NCBI RefSeq assembly: GCF_934230905.1
Contig: NZ_CAKQFJ010000006.1
Span: 8,813 to 72,812, forward strand
Length of the DNA: 64,000 bases
Direction: 5' to 3'
DNA from: an uncultured Veillonella sp.
GTDB taxonomy: Bacteria; Bacillota; Negativicutes; Veillonellales; Veillonellaceae
Numbering within the stretch: position 1 is the stretch's first letter; every line of letters begins with the position of its first letter. The notes under the pieces were generated by a model. The model was not told the origin of the DNA and did no database searches. It saw only the letters and a program-made list of their open reading frames with translations. Of this stretch, positions 19,340 to 30,119 are shown in pieces. The translations under genes and the position numbers were made by a program.

Positions 19340-20569
19340 ATGAATCAAGAATTATTACGTAAATACGCTCGTACCTTATTACAATCTGGCATTAATTTAC
19401 AACAAAAACAAACACTCATCGTATCAGTTGATGTAGACAATAAAGATTTTGCAGTCATCGTTACAGAAGAAGCCTATCAATTGGGTGCCAAAGAGGTTAT
19501 TATCAATTGGCGCCATACCCCAATTACACGCCAACGCTTATTACATGCTGATGCTTCAGTCCTTGAGTCACCGGCTAAATGGATTCCTGTATATTACCAA
19601 CAATATGTAGAGGAAAAAGCTGCCTTTTTATCACTTATCAGTGCCAATCCAAAGGCATTAGCAGGCATTCCTACAGAGCGCATTAGCCTAAACTCACGCA
19701 ATCTTAACAAAGTTCTGTCATTCTACCATACAGCCATCATGAACTCGTCTGTAACATGGTGTGTAGCCTCTGTGCCAACAGTACTCTGGGCAGAACTTCT
19801 TGGATACGAAGGTTCTGATGAAGAAAAAATTGACCAACTATGGCATACATTACTAAAATTATGCCGTCTCAATGACGTGGAACCAAAAGAAACTTATGCG
19901 CATCACATGGCTAAGCTACGTCATCGTCGTGAAGCATTAAACGCTCTTGATTTAAAAGCATTGCGATACACATGTAAAAATGGCACAGATTTACTTCTTG
20001 AATTACCGGAAGACCATATTTGGCAAGGTGGCGAAGAGCTCTCCAAAGAGGGGATTACATTCAATGCTAATATTCCTACAGAAGAAGTATTCTGTGCCCC
20101 TCAATGGAATGGTGTAAATGGTACAGTAGTTAGTACAAAACCACTGATTTACCAAGGTAATCCAATTTCTAACTTCTCCTTTATCTTTGAAAACGGTAAA
20201 ATTATTGATTACACAGCTGAAGAAGGGTTAGATATTCTTAAAGAACTCATCGAAACAGACGAAGGATCTCACTATCTAGGTGAAGTAGCCCTTGTGGATC
20301 ACTATAGTCCTATTAGTCAGTCCAATAGAATTTACTATGAAACATTATTTGATGAAAATGCATCCTGCCATTTAGCAATCGGTGCGGCCTATCCAACTTG
20401 TCTAAAAAATAGCGACGGTTTATCTGAAGATGAACTCAAAGAACGTGGTCTGAACCACTCTCTTGCTCATGTTGATTTTATGATTGGTCACGAAAACATG
20501 AATATTAAAGGCATTACAAAAGACGGCCAACAAGTAGATATCATGATCGACGGCCGCTTATTGGTATAA
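19340..20569 (+). CDS. aminopeptidase, M29 family (AmpS/PepS-like)
   Basis: 409-aa protein with full-length similarity to thermophilic metalloprotease M29 / aminopeptidase II (…CHLAIGAAYPTCL…HVDFMIG…). Confidence 0.8.
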   Translation: MNQELLRKYARTLLQSGINLQQKQTLIVSVDVDNKDFAVIVTEEAYQLGAKEVIINWRHTPITRQRLLHADASVLESPAKWIPVYYQQYVEEKAAFLSLISANPKALAGIPTERISLNSRNLNKVLSFYHTAIMNSSVTWCVASVPTVLWAELLGYEGSDEEKIDQLWHTLLKLCRLNDVEPKETYAHHMAKLRHRREALNALDLKALRYTCKNGTDLLLELPEDHIWQGGEELSKEGITFNANIPTEEVFCAPQWNGVNGTVVSTKPLIYQGNPISNFSFIFENGKIIDYTAEEGLDILKELIETDEGSHYLGEVALVDHYSPISQSNRIYYETLFDENASCHLAIGAAYPTCLKNSDGLSEDELKERGLNHSLAHVDFMIGHENMNIKGITKDGQQVDIMIDGRLLV

Positions 20570-20582
20570 CAAACATCATATA

Positions 20583-20680
20583 AAAGGGATGGTACATCCT
20601 CCGTAAGCTCCACCGGCCAGGCCTGACTCCGGCCTTCGGCCTCCGCAGGGCCAAAGTCGCTTTCGAAGGATACACCATCC
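20583..20680. terminator. GC-rich extended stem-loop / bidirectional terminator between pepS and comEB
   Basis: AAAAGGGATGGTACATCC…GGATACACCATCCCTTTTT outer stem enclosing a GC-rich core (CCGGCCAGGCC…GGCCTTCGGCC…). It is flanked by A- and T-runs. Confidence 0.5.
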
Positions 20681-20692
20681 CTTTTTACTCTA

Positions 20693-21172
20693 TTATAATG
20701 TTATTTCCAATATGCGACCCGTCGATTGATATTCAATAATATCTACGCCGGCCGTCTTTAGCATACGTTTTGAAGCCTTCACCTCTTTAGTATCCTTGTA
20801 TAAATCATCACGATAGATAACGGCCTTTATACCGCTTTGAATGATAGCCTTTGCACATTCATTACAAGGAAACAATGTTACATAAATCTTAGACCCTTCT
20901 AAAGAACCACCGCGATAGTTTAGAATCGCATTTAATTCACTATGAACGGTATAGAAATATTTATTATCATCCGCCGTATCCCGTTCCCACGTAAAATCAT
21001 CATCACTACAATTTAAGGGCATGCCATTATAACCGATGGATAAGATCTTATTATCATTGCTGACGATACAGGCCCCCACTTGTGTATTAGGATCTTTGGA
21101 TCGTTGCGCAGCCAAAATAGCAACGCCCATAAAGTATTCATCCCAAGAAATATAATCGCTACGTTTTGCCAT
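20693..21172 (-). CDS. comEB: dCMP deaminase (ComEB)
   Basis: 159 aa with zinc ligands HSELNAI…PCNECAKAI, the typical deoxycytidylate deaminase fold. Confidence 0.85.
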   Translation of the reverse strand: MAKRSDYISWDEYFMGVAILAAQRSKDPNTQVGACIVSNDNKILSIGYNGMPLNCSDDDFTWERDTADDNKYFYTVHSELNAILNYRGGSLEGSKIYVTLFPCNECAKAIIQSGIKAVIYRDDLYKDTKEVKASKRMLKTAGVDIIEYQSTGRILEITL

Positions 21173-21196
21173 AATAACCTCTCTAGATAATAAAGC

Positions 21197-21233
21197 CCCC
21201 TTCTACCTATGTAGTTGGGGGCTTTCATTATAT
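21197..21233 (-). terminator. rho-independent terminator after leuS
   Basis: Hairpin AAAGCCCCC-AACTACATAGGTAGAA-GGGGGCTTT followed by a T-rich tract on the minus strand. Confidence 0.5.
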
Positions 21234-21255
21234 TAACAAATCATATATAGAAATA

Positions 21256-23724
21256 TTATTTTACAACGATATTCACAAGTTTACCTGGTACGTAGATAAC
21301 CTTAACGATTTGTTTACCTTCTGTAAATTCTTGAACACGGCTAGATTCTTTAGCCAATGCTTCCAATTCTTCTTTCGTAATATTCACAGAAACAGTTAAT
21401 TTATCGCGAACCTTACCATTAACTTGAAGAACCACTTCTACTTCGTCTACTTTAAGAGCAGATTCTTCGTATGTTGGCCAGTTCATCATATGAACAGATT
21501 CAGTTTCGCCAAGTTCATGCCACAATTCTTCTGTAATATGTGGCACGAATGGAGCTAATAACAACACGAGATTATGTGTTAACTCATTAGCAAGATCAGC
21601 ATTTACGGATTCTGCTTTGTCCTTGTGTGCATACATAGCATTAACAAGTTCCATAATCGCACTAATTGCCGTATTAAAGTTGAAGTTATTATCTAAATCT
21701 TCTGTAACCTTTTTGATAACACGGTGTAATTCGCGGCGTAATGCCACTTCGTCTTTTGTAAGGTCACCCGTATGATTTTCTTTTGCTGCTTGGTCATACG
21801 CATCAACAATACGCCATACACGACCTAAGAAACGATAAGAACCTTCAACACCTTGGTCACTCCAATCAAGATCGCGGTCAACTGGTGCTGCAAACAAGAT
21901 GAATAAGCGCGCTGTATCAGCACCGTACTTATTGATAATTTCTTCTGGAGAAACCACATTGCCTTTAGATTTAGACATCTTACTGCCTTCTTTAAGTACC
22001 ATACCTTGTGTCAAAAGACCACGGAATGGTTCGTTAGCTTCAATGAGGCCTAAATCATGGATAACTTTCACAAAGAAACGAGAGTATAACAAGTGCAAGA
22101 TAGCATGTTCAATACCACCAATGTATTGGTCAACGTTCATCCAGTAATTAGCAATTTTGGAATCGAATGGTGCTTTATCGTTCAATGCGTCAGTGTAACG
22201 CAAGAAGTACCAAGATGAATCGATGAATGTATCCATAGTATCTGTTTCACGACGCGCAGGACCACCACATTTAGGACATTTAGCGTTCATGAAAGCTTCG
22301 GATGTTGCCAATGGGGATACAGCACCGGATTCAAATTTAACATCTTCAGGAAGACGTACAGGCAAGTCTTCTTCTGGTACAAGTTGTTCACCACATTTGT
22401 CGCAATATACAACAGGGATTGGCACGCCCCAGTAACGTTGACGAGAGATAAGCCAATCGCGAAGTCTGAAATTTGTCTTGCCTTCACCGATACCACGTTC
22501 ATGAAGTGCAGCCGTAATATTTTTACGAGCCTCTTCAGATGTTTGACCATCAAAATCACCAGAATTAATCAACACACCATCTTCGTGGTCAGATTCTTCC
22601 CATGTATCGAAATTGTAGTTTTCACCATTGTGAGAAACAACAGGTTTAATAGGCAAATCGTATTTATGAGCAAATTCCCAGTCGCGTTCGTCATGAGCAG
22701 GAGAACCCATAACGGCACCAGTACCATAATCTACGAGAACATAGTTAGCAATCCAAATAGGCACTTGTTCACCAGACATAGGATTTACCGCATAGGAACC
22801 GGTAAACATACCTTCCTTAGGTGCTTCTGTAGATGTACGATCGATGTCGCTCATGTTGCGCATACGCGTGATAAAAACATCTAAATCAGCTTTGTTAGGT
22901 GCTTTTTCAATTAAACGTTCTACATATGGATGTTCAGGAGCCAATACAACGTAACTTACACCGTAGATTGTATCTACACGAGTCGTATATACGGAAATAC
23001 GTTCCTTAATGGATGGCACATCAAAAGAAAATTCTGTACCTTCAGAGCGACCAATCCAGTTCTTTTGCATCAATTTAACGCGTTGAGGCCAACCATCAAG
23101 TGTATCGAGATCATCTAACAAGCGATCTGCATATTCAGTGATACGGAGGAACCATTGAGATAAATCTTTTTTCTCTACAGGATTATCACAACGCCAGCAA
23201 AGACCATCAATAACTTGTTCGTTAGCTAATACAGTGTGGCATGTTTCACACCAGTTAACTTTTGCTTCTTTTTTATAAGCTAAGCCTTTTTTATAGAATT
23301 GTTCAAAGAACCATTGTGTCCATTTATAGTAATCTTCTTTACATGTAGCAACTTCACGATCCCAATCATAAGAAAGGCCCAATGCTTTTTGTTGCTTTTT
23401 CATGTTCTCAATATTATCAAGAGTCCATGTTTTAGGTGCAATACCATGTTTAATAGCTGCATTTTCTGCAGGCATACCAAAGGAATCCCATCCCATTGGA
23501 TGCAATACGTTAAAGCCATTCATTTTCTTAAAACGCGCTACTACGTCACCGATGGAATAGTTGCGCACATGGCCCATATGCAAATTACCAGATGGATATG
23601 GAAACATTTCTAATGCATAGTACTTCTCTTTAGTTTCGTCATATTCAGTTTTAAAAGTATGGTTCTCATCCCAATACTTTTGCCACTTTTTCTCAATATC
23701 TTGGGCTACATATTTTTCGTTCAT
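21256..23724 (-). CDS. leuS: leucine--tRNA ligase
   Basis: 822 aa with class-I HIGH (HMGHVRN) and KMSKS motifs plus the CP1 editing domain. The upstream gap is only 80 nt, with no room for a T-box leader. Confidence 0.95.
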   Translation of the reverse strand: MNEKYVAQDIEKKWQKYWDENHTFKTEYDETKEKYYALEMFPYPSGNLHMGHVRNYSIGDVVARFKKMNGFNVLHPMGWDSFGMPAENAAIKHGIAPKTWTLDNIENMKKQQKALGLSYDWDREVATCKEDYYKWTQWFFEQFYKKGLAYKKEAKVNWCETCHTVLANEQVIDGLCWRCDNPVEKKDLSQWFLRITEYADRLLDDLDTLDGWPQRVKLMQKNWIGRSEGTEFSFDVPSIKERISVYTTRVDTIYGVSYVVLAPEHPYVERLIEKAPNKADLDVFITRMRNMSDIDRTSTEAPKEGMFTGSYAVNPMSGEQVPIWIANYVLVDYGTGAVMGSPAHDERDWEFAHKYDLPIKPVVSHNGENYNFDTWEESDHEDGVLINSGDFDGQTSEEARKNITAALHERGIGEGKTNFRLRDWLISRQRYWGVPIPVVYCDKCGEQLVPEEDLPVRLPEDVKFESGAVSPLATSEAFMNAKCPKCGGPARRETDTMDTFIDSSWYFLRYTDALNDKAPFDSKIANYWMNVDQYIGGIEHAILHLLYSRFFVKVIHDLGLIEANEPFRGLLTQGMVLKEGSKMSKSKGNVVSPEEIINKYGADTARLFILFAAPVDRDLDWSDQGVEGSYRFLGRVWRIVDAYDQAAKENHTGDLTKDEVALRRELHRVIKKVTEDLDNNFNFNTAISAIMELVNAMYAHKDKAESVNADLANELTHNLVLLLAPFVPHITEELWHELGETESVHMMNWPTYEESALKVDEVEVVLQVNGKVRDKLTVSVNITKEELEALAKESSRVQEFTEGKQIVKVIYVPGKLVNIVVK

Positions 23725-23804
23725 GTAGGTGCCTCCTCAAATCTGTGTATGATTCTAATCAATAGTATTATTGTACTACTTCGCACTATAAACCGTCAAT
23801 TTAT

Positions 23805-25424
23805 CTACTTTTTTACTACTTGAACAGCAGGAACAATGGATGCTATATCATTATCAGCTTTTTGCTTTTCATTCACCGCCTTTGCATCTGCTTTTTCATG
23901 TTCTTTAGATGCTTTAGCTTCGGCTTTCGCCTTTTCTTTTGCAGCTTTAGCTTCTGCTTTTGCTTTTTCCTTAGCCGCTTTAGCTTCTGCTTTTGCTTTT
24001 TCTTTCGCTGCTTTTTCAAGAGCCTTACGTTCTGCCTTAGTTAATGGTTTTTCTACAACAGGTTTAGGTATTTCTACAACTGGCGTTGCATTTGGTACCC
24101 CTTTACCTAAATCTACACCTTGTATCATTGTAATAGTATTATCGTCTTCAAAGCCCTTACGCCATGCCGCAAAACCGGCTAATTGCATTTCTTTCACAAG
24201 ATTCAATTTATAACCTAAAGATTTATTATCTTCAAACCAAATTTTATCAACACCATTTGATGTCGGAATTGCTGCATAGTATGATTTTAATGTATCATTC
24301 CAAGTGATATTTGATGCATAATTAGAAAAATAAATTGCTTCATTTTTTATCGCTAGTGTTTCACCATGTGCAACTCCGCCAGATTCATGCCATATACGAG
24401 TATAGAATGGTATCCCCAATACAAGTTTTTGACTTGGCACCTCTTGTATCATTTTTTCAGTATGGTTTCTAACCCAAGGATAACTTGCTACAGGTCCTGC
24501 ATTACTACTTTTTGCCCATGTTTCATCATAGGCCATCAAAACAACATAATCTACACTATTAGCAAAAGATTTACGGTCATAAACAAGAGACCAATTCGGG
24601 CTATTAGAATACCCCGTTACATCTATGGAAGACTGAATATTATACTTATGTAATTCATCAGCTAAATAAGCTACAAACTTAGTTAATTTGTCACGATCTG
24701 AATAGTCTATATTTTCAAAATCAAAATTATAACCATCAAAACCATAAATATATGCGTATTGAACAAGATTTTGAGCATATTTTTTCCATACTGCTTCATC
24801 TGCTAAAATGCCACTTGTAAAATCTGGGTCAAAACGATTTGTAATCAGAGGCCATACATGATATCCATTAGATTTGTAAGATTTCACATAATCAATATTA
24901 ATATTAGGACTAGATTCCAAACCTAAACTGTGTAATTTAAACCAACTAGGGGAAATAATATTATCACCACTACTATTTAGTTTTTTTGCATAAGGAGCAC
25001 CTTGATTAGGCCATGGATCAAAAGCCCAGGACAATGGGCCTTGGACAGGCTTATTTTGTAGAACCTGCATTGTTTCTGGAGCAGCCATAAGTTGAATATG
25101 ATCCCCATCCTTCGTGTAGGTGACCCCAATCAATGGCGTTGTACCTTCTATATCAACATACTCAGCACCATCACGTTTTGTAATTGGTAATTTCACAGGT
25201 TCCCCAACAGCTTTAGGATTCATTGTAATAGTCGAACCATTAAGCTCTAGTTGTGGTACATAAATAGTATAAGATGTTTTATACTGGTTAGCCTCATAAT
25301 TACGATTAGTAGTATTTAGGTATTGTTGTAATGGCACCAAAACCTCAGCTTGCACTGTATTACCAGAAATACTAGTTAATACAGCAGCTGCTAATGTAGT
25401 GATCATAGTAATTTTACGTAACAT
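23805..25424 (-). CDS. secreted glycoside-hydrolase family 18-like protein with N-terminal amine-oxidase-like domain and C-terminal K/A/E-rich repeat tail
   Basis: Signal peptide (MLRKITMITTLAAAVLTSISGNTVQAE), a GH18 catalytic-motif-like DGYNFDFE, and a C-terminal (EKAKAEAKAAK)×3 low-complexity tail. Confidence 0.55.
   Translation of the reverse strand: MLRKITMITTLAAAVLTSISGNTVQAEVLVPLQQYLNTTNRNYEANQYKTSYTIYVPQLELNGSTITMNPKAVGEPVKLPITKRDGAEYVDIEGTTPLIGVTYTKDGDHIQLMAAPETMQVLQNKPVQGPLSWAFDPWPNQGAPYAKKLNSSGDNIISPSWFKLHSLGLESSPNINIDYVKSYKSNGYHVWPLITNRFDPDFTSGILADEAVWKKYAQNLVQYAYIYGFDGYNFDFENIDYSDRDKLTKFVAYLADELHKYNIQSSIDVTGYSNSPNWSLVYDRKSFANSVDYVVLMAYDETWAKSSNAGPVASYPWVRNHTEKMIQEVPSQKLVLGIPFYTRIWHESGGVAHGETLAIKNEAIYFSNYASNITWNDTLKSYYAAIPTSNGVDKIWFEDNKSLGYKLNLVKEMQLAGFAAWRKGFEDDNTITMIQGVDLGKGVPNATPVVEIPKPVVEKPLTKAERKALEKAAKEKAKAEAKAAKEKAKAEAKAAKEKAKAEAKASKEHEKADAKAVNEKQKADNDIASIVPAVQVVKK
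23900..24030. repeat. about 33-bp tandem repeat ×3–4 encoding the KAEAKAAKEKA tail of the GH18-like protein
   Basis: Plus strand reads gcagctttagcttctgcttttgctttttcctta… near-identically several times. The antisense ORFs 23820–24213 are artefacts of this repeat. Confidence 0.6.
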
Positions 25425-25555
25425 ATATATCTCCTGTTATTGACTCTTAATAGTTCCTGTTTACATAACAATTCTTATATTATATCATACATATATTGAC
25501 ACTTATAATTTCTATACTTGTAAAAGCATGAACGATTATTCATAAAGGAGTTTTT

Positions 25556-26383
25556 ATGCATCAATATTTATTTTTTATAGGAGGTTTTCCTATAAGAGCA
25601 TATGGTACCATGTTAGCACTTGCTATCATTTGTGGTGGTTCTGTTGCCTATTTCTTACTAAAAAAAGATGGTCGTGGCTGGCACCAACACATTATTGACT
25701 TTTCTATTACAGTTGCTATTGCAGGACTTATTGGTGCCCGATTATGGGACGTCTTTTTTTTCGATTGGCAATATTATGGCAATCATTTACTAGAGATTCC
25801 ATTTGTATGGCAAGGTGGCATGGCCATTCAAGGCGGTGTTGTTCTTGGTACCTTAGCAGGTTATTGGTACCTTCGAAAACATAACATCGATTTTTGGGCT
25901 TTTGCTGATATATTTGCACCGGCTCTCATTTTGGCACAATCAGTCGGGCGTATGGCAAATCTATTTAATGGCGATGCCTTTGGACATCCTACAGGTGGAA
26001 ATTTCGGTATTCTCTACCCTGAAAGCACACTCGCTTATCACACATATGGTAATCAACCATTATGGCCAGCTGAAATTTGGGAAGGACAAATTGACATACT
26101 AATCTTTGTCGCTTTAATACTATTTAGCTCCTTCAAACATGCTAAAGGTCAAGTCTTTGTACTATACGCTATTTTATACTCAGCAGCGCGATTCTGTCTA
26201 GAGTTCTTACGCGGTGATTATGTAAATCTTACAATGGGACTTAAATCCGCACAGATGACGAGCCTCATTGTTATGATTGTAGGTATCTGTTTATTTATCT
26301 ACTTTGGTTATCTAGATAAAAAGCAACAAACCGTAGCAGAATCAGCACCAGAAGCACCACAAAAACAAAAGAAACGTAAATAA
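25556..26383 (+). CDS. lgt: prolipoprotein diacylglyceryl transferase
   Basis: 275-aa polytopic membrane protein with Lgt signature regions (…YGTMLALAII…; HPTxLYE-like PEST region 'HPTGGNFGILYPES'). Confidence 0.85.
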   Translation: MHQYLFFIGGFPIRAYGTMLALAIICGGSVAYFLLKKDGRGWHQHIIDFSITVAIAGLIGARLWDVFFFDWQYYGNHLLEIPFVWQGGMAIQGGVVLGTLAGYWYLRKHNIDFWAFADIFAPALILAQSVGRMANLFNGDAFGHPTGGNFGILYPESTLAYHTYGNQPLWPAEIWEGQIDILIFVALILFSSFKHAKGQVFVLYAILYSAARFCLEFLRGDYVNLTMGLKSAQMTSLIVMIVGICLFIYFGYLDKKQQTVAESAPEAPQKQKKRK

Positions 26384-26387
26384 TAAA

Positions 26388-26436
26388 ATCCTTCATTCAC
26401 GGATACACAACATTCATGAATGAAGGATTTTTTATA
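26388..26436. terminator. bidirectional terminator between lgt and trmFO
   Basis: AAATCCTTCATTCA-loop-TGAATGAAGGATTTTTTAT hairpin. Confidence 0.5.
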
Positions 26437-26482
26437 TCTATTCAATTCTTCTAAATGATTGACCATAAGCGACAAGCATCAT

Positions 26483-27799
26483 TTACAGTTGTTCTTGTGC
26501 CTTTAATGCGTCAAGTTCTTCTAACGCACGATTGGCAATGAGAGCATTTTTTTCTTTTTTCTTCCGAATTCGTTGAGGCCATGATTCCATAATGCCAAAG
26601 TTAACATTCATAGGCTGAAAATTAGATCCTTCGTACGAAGATATATAATGGCTTAATGACCCAATAGCCGTTGTCTTAGGGAAGTTAATAAATGCTTTAT
26701 CATCTAGGTAGCGTTTCACCTGTAATCCTACCATAAGCCCTGATGCGGCCGATTCAAGATACCCTTCTACACCAGTCATTTGACCAGCAAAAAATAGTCG
26801 ATGATCAGACTTTAATTGGAAGGCATGATTGAGTAATTCTGGCGAATTTATATATGTATTGCGATGCATCACACCGTACCGTATAAATTCCGCATTTTCA
26901 AGACCAGGAATTAAACCAAATACACGCTTTTGCTCCCCCCATTTTAAATGTGTTTGAAAACCTACGAGATTAAACATGGTCCCTTCTTTGTTTTCTTTAC
27001 GCAGTTGAACAACTGCATAAGATTCTTCATTAGTGCGTTTATCTACTAACCCTACTGGTTTTAATGGACCATAGCGCAAAGTATCCTCACCGCGAGATGC
27101 CATAATTTCTACAGGCATACAGCCCTCAAAATAGATTTCCTTTTCAAAATCCTTTGGCTGTACAGCCTCAGCATGAGTCAATTCATGCAAAAAGTGTTTA
27201 TACTCATCTTCATTCATAGGGCAATTAAGATAGTCTGCATCACCTTTATCGTAGCGGGACGCAGCGAATACCTTATCATAGTTAAGAGACTCCGACGTCA
27301 CAATAGGAGCCGCTGCATCATAGAAATAAAATCCCGTATTACCTGTTAATTCTCTAATTGCAGAACCGAGTATTTCAGATGTTAATGGTCCAGAAGCAAA
27401 GATAACTGTTCCTTCTGTAGGGATTGATGTTACCTCTTCATGATGCACAGTAATATTAGGATGACTTTTAATTTTATCTGTTACCATAGCACTGAATAGA
27501 TGCCGGTCAACTGCTAAGGCACCACCAGCAGGTACAGCCGTAGCATCCGCACACTCCATAATAAGAGAACCCAATCGACGCATCTCTTCTTTTAGTAATC
27601 CTACAGCATTTTCTATATTACCAGCACGCAAGGAATTACTACAAACCAATTCAGCAAATTGATCTGTTTGATGGGCAGGAGAACTCTTTACAGGGCGCAT
27701 TTCATATAGATCAACAATAACACCTTGATTAGCAAGTTGCCATGCCGCTTCCGATCCAGCTAATCCAGCTCCAATAACAATAACTTTATTTTCACTCAC
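26483..27799 (-). CDS. trmFO: methylenetetrahydrofolate--tRNA-(uracil54-C5)-methyltransferase (FADH2-dependent)
   Basis: 438 aa with N-terminal FAD GxGxxG ([18 protein letters not shown]) and GidA-like fold. It lies downstream of topA as in Bacillus. Confidence 0.9.
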   Translation of the reverse strand: MSENKVIVIGAGLAGSEAAWQLANQGVIVDLYEMRPVKSSPAHQTDQFAELVCSNSLRAGNIENAVGLLKEEMRRLGSLIMECADATAVPAGGALAVDRHLFSAMVTDKIKSHPNITVHHEEVTSIPTEGTVIFASGPLTSEILGSAIRELTGNTGFYFYDAAAPIVTSESLNYDKVFAASRYDKGDADYLNCPMNEDEYKHFLHELTHAEAVQPKDFEKEIYFEGCMPVEIMASRGEDTLRYGPLKPVGLVDKRTNEESYAVVQLRKENKEGTMFNLVGFQTHLKWGEQKRVFGLIPGLENAEFIRYGVMHRNTYINSPELLNHAFQLKSDHRLFFAGQMTGVEGYLESAASGLMVGLQVKRYLDDKAFINFPKTTAIGSLSHYISSYEGSNFQPMNVNFGIMESWPQRIRKKKEKNALIANRALEELDALKAQEQL

Positions 27800-30119
27800 T
27801 CTTGGTATCCTCTTCTTTCTTCACTGAATCATCAGTTTTTTTCTTTCTCGTTTTCTTCGGCGGTCTAGTTGGACATGTTTCATTTGAGCAAAATTTTTTC
27901 GTCGTACCATTTTTATACGTTTTTTCAACGATAATACTGCCACATGTATTGCAGAACTCATGAGTTGGCTTATCCCATAACGTAAAATCACATTGTGGAT
28001 ATCGATTACAACCATAGAACACACGGCCTCGTTTAGATTTTCGTTCTACAATTTCTCCTTCACCACATTTAGGGCAAACAACATCGGTACCAACAGTAAT
28101 AGGTTTCGTGTTCTTGCACTCTGGGAAGTTAGAGCAAGCTAAAAATTTACCATAACGACCAAATTTATAGACCATTGGATGCCCACATAGTTCACAAGTT
28201 TCATCACTTTCCATAGAAGCAATTTGAATCTTGTCTACATCACTAGCATCGTCTAATTCTTGTTTGAATATATCATAGAAATTAGATAATACTTTCACAT
28301 ACGTATCTTTACCATTAGCGATAGCATCCAATTCCTCTTCTAATTCAGCAGTAAATCCAGTATTAATGATTTTTTCGAAATAGTTTACTAAAAAGTCCAC
28401 CACTACAAAACCTAACTCTGTAGGGATAAATTGCTTATTATTCGTCTCTACATAGTTACGACTCACTATAGTATCTAAAATTGGCGCATACGTACTTGGC
28501 CGTCCAATACCTAATTCTTCCAATGTTTTGATAAGACTGGCCTCAGAATACCTTGCTGGTGGTTGTGTGAAGTGTTGTTCTGGGTCAATGAGCACAGTTT
28601 CCACTTCATCAGATTTCTTCAATGCCGGTAATTGTGGTGTATCTTCTTTTTTACTATCTTCGTAGACTGCACTAAATCCAGGGAATAATACACGTGAACC
28701 AGTCGCCTTAAATGTATAGATACCATCAATATCAAGTTCAATGGTGGTAGACTCATTTTGTTGAGGGGCCATTTGACTAGCCATAAAACGATTCCAAATC
28801 AAAGTATATAACTTTAGTTCGTCACGATTTACAAATGGTTCTACCATTTTAGGTGTCAATTCAAGAGATGTAGGGCGAATGGCTTCATGTGCATCTTGAG
28901 CAGATTCTTTTTTGCCATATACATTAGGCTTGGATGGACAATAGTCATCACCATAAGTTCTCTTAATATAATTACGAGCCTGTTCCTGCATATCCTTAGA
29001 GATACGTGTAGAATCAGTACGCATATAAGTGATTAAACCTACATGTCCATATGAACCAATCTCTAAACCTTCATACAAATGTTGGGCAATCATCATGGTT
29101 CGTTTAGCTCCAAAATTGAGTTTACGAACACCATCTTGTTGCAATGTAGATGTAGTAAAAGGAGGTGCTGGTTTCCGGCTTCGTTTACTTTTCTTAACCG
29201 ATGTAACTGTAGCTGTATGATCTGCAATAGACTTCTGAATAGCTAATGCATCAGCTTCACAATGAATATCCAGTTTATCACCATTGATATGAGTCAGTTC
29301 AGCGATAAACTTTTCATTTGATTTAGTTTTAAATTGTCCTTCAATTGACCAATATTCTTGAGGAACAAAGGCTTGTATTTCACGTTCTCGTTCACAGATA
29401 AGACGCACAGCTACCGATTGAACACGACCAGCGCTTAAACCTTTACATACCTTCTTCCATAATAATGGGCTTAATTTATACCCTACAATACGGTCTAACA
29501 CACGGCGAGCTTGTTGTGCGTCGACCATATTCATATCTACAGTACGTGGGTGTTCTAAAGCCTCTGCAACAGCGGTTTTCGTGATTTCATTAAATGTAAT
29601 CCGACAGTTAGTCTTAGTATCTACATTGAGGATATAGGCTAAATGCCAAGAAATAGCTTCTCCTTCGCGGTCCGGGTCAGTTGCGAGCAACACAGCGCTA
29701 CTTTCATCAGCATGAGCTACCAACTCATCAATCACCTTTTTACGTGCTACAAGATTGCTATATCGTGGGGTAAATTCATGATCAATATCGATACCCATTT
29801 GAGACTTTGGCAAATCCCGAAGATGCCCCATACTTGCTTTTACAATATAATTAGGCCCTAAAAATTTTTCTATTGTTTTAGATTTAGCCGGTGATTCCAC
29901 TATAACAAGTACTTTACCATCAGGATTATATACCCGCGGTTGCCTTTGTTCTGGCGGCATCGATGTAGCCATGATAGATTTATCATGTACAATACCAACT
30001 GGGGTTAATGCCTCTTTAGGCCCTTTTTTCTTAGCCGTAGCCTTTTTCTTTTTTGTTTCTTCTTTTGAATCTTTGGGTTCCCCAATAACGATAGATCGTT
30101 TAATGGACAAGTATATCAC
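27792..30119 (-). CDS. topA: DNA topoisomerase I
   Basis: Toprim ([13 protein letters not shown]) and the catalytic region, followed by three C-terminal Zn ribbons and a basic tail. The ORF-track start (GTG at 30119) gives an about 50-aa Lys-rich N-terminal extension overlapping dprA. The true start is more probably the Met at about 29972 or 29960. Confidence 0.9.
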   Translation of the reverse strand: MIYLSIKRSIVIGEPKDSKEETKKKKATAKKKGPKEALTPVGIVHDKSIMATSMPPEQRQPRVYNPDGKVLVIVESPAKSKTIEKFLGPNYIVKASMGHLRDLPKSQMGIDIDHEFTPRYSNLVARKKVIDELVAHADESSAVLLATDPDREGEAISWHLAYILNVDTKTNCRITFNEITKTAVAEALEHPRTVDMNMVDAQQARRVLDRIVGYKLSPLLWKKVCKGLSAGRVQSVAVRLICEREREIQAFVPQEYWSIEGQFKTKSNEKFIAELTHINGDKLDIHCEADALAIQKSIADHTATVTSVKKSKRSRKPAPPFTTSTLQQDGVRKLNFGAKRTMMIAQHLYEGLEIGSYGHVGLITYMRTDSTRISKDMQEQARNYIKRTYGDDYCPSKPNVYGKKESAQDAHEAIRPTSLELTPKMVEPFVNRDELKLYTLIWNRFMASQMAPQQNESTTIELDIDGIYTFKATGSRVLFPGFSAVYEDSKKEDTPQLPALKKSDEVETVLIDPEQHFTQPPARYSEASLIKTLEELGIGRPSTYAPILDTIVSRNYVETNNKQFIPTELGFVVVDFLVNYFEKIINTGFTAELEEELDAIANGKDTYVKVLSNFYDIFKQELDDASDVDKIQIASMESDETCELCGHPMVYKFGRYGKFLACSNFPECKNTKPITVGTDVVCPKCGEGEIVERKSKRGRVFYGCNRYPQCDFTLWDKPTHEFCNTCGSIIVEKTYKNGTTKKFCSNETCPTRPPKKTRKKKTDDSVKKEEDTKSE

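Noticed and set aside
21013-21228. 71-aa minus-strand ORF overlapping the comEB 5' region and the leuS terminator
   Set aside because: It is out of frame with the well-supported dCMP deaminase and spans the terminator hairpin. No independent support.
23725-23804. Possible leucine T-box upstream of leuS
   Set aside because: Only about 80 nt separate leuS from the upstream gene and no AGGGTGGNACCGCG box is present. That is too short for a T-box leader.
23820-24213. Two plus-strand ORFs (74 and 125 aa, F/S/A-rich) overlapping the 3' end of the GH18-like gene
   Set aside because: They are the antisense reading of the 33-bp KAEAKAAKEKA-encoding tandem repeat. Their low-complexity translations are an artefact of that repeat, not genes.
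29973-30119. Lys-rich about 50-aa N-terminal extension of topA (GTG start) overlapping the dprA 3' end
   Set aside because: TopA homologues begin a few residues before the LVIVESPAK toprim motif, and the extension starts with GTG and lacks an RBS. It is more likely ORF-caller read-through than a real basic N-terminal tail. I could not find a convincing RBS for the internal Met either, so the start remains uncertain.
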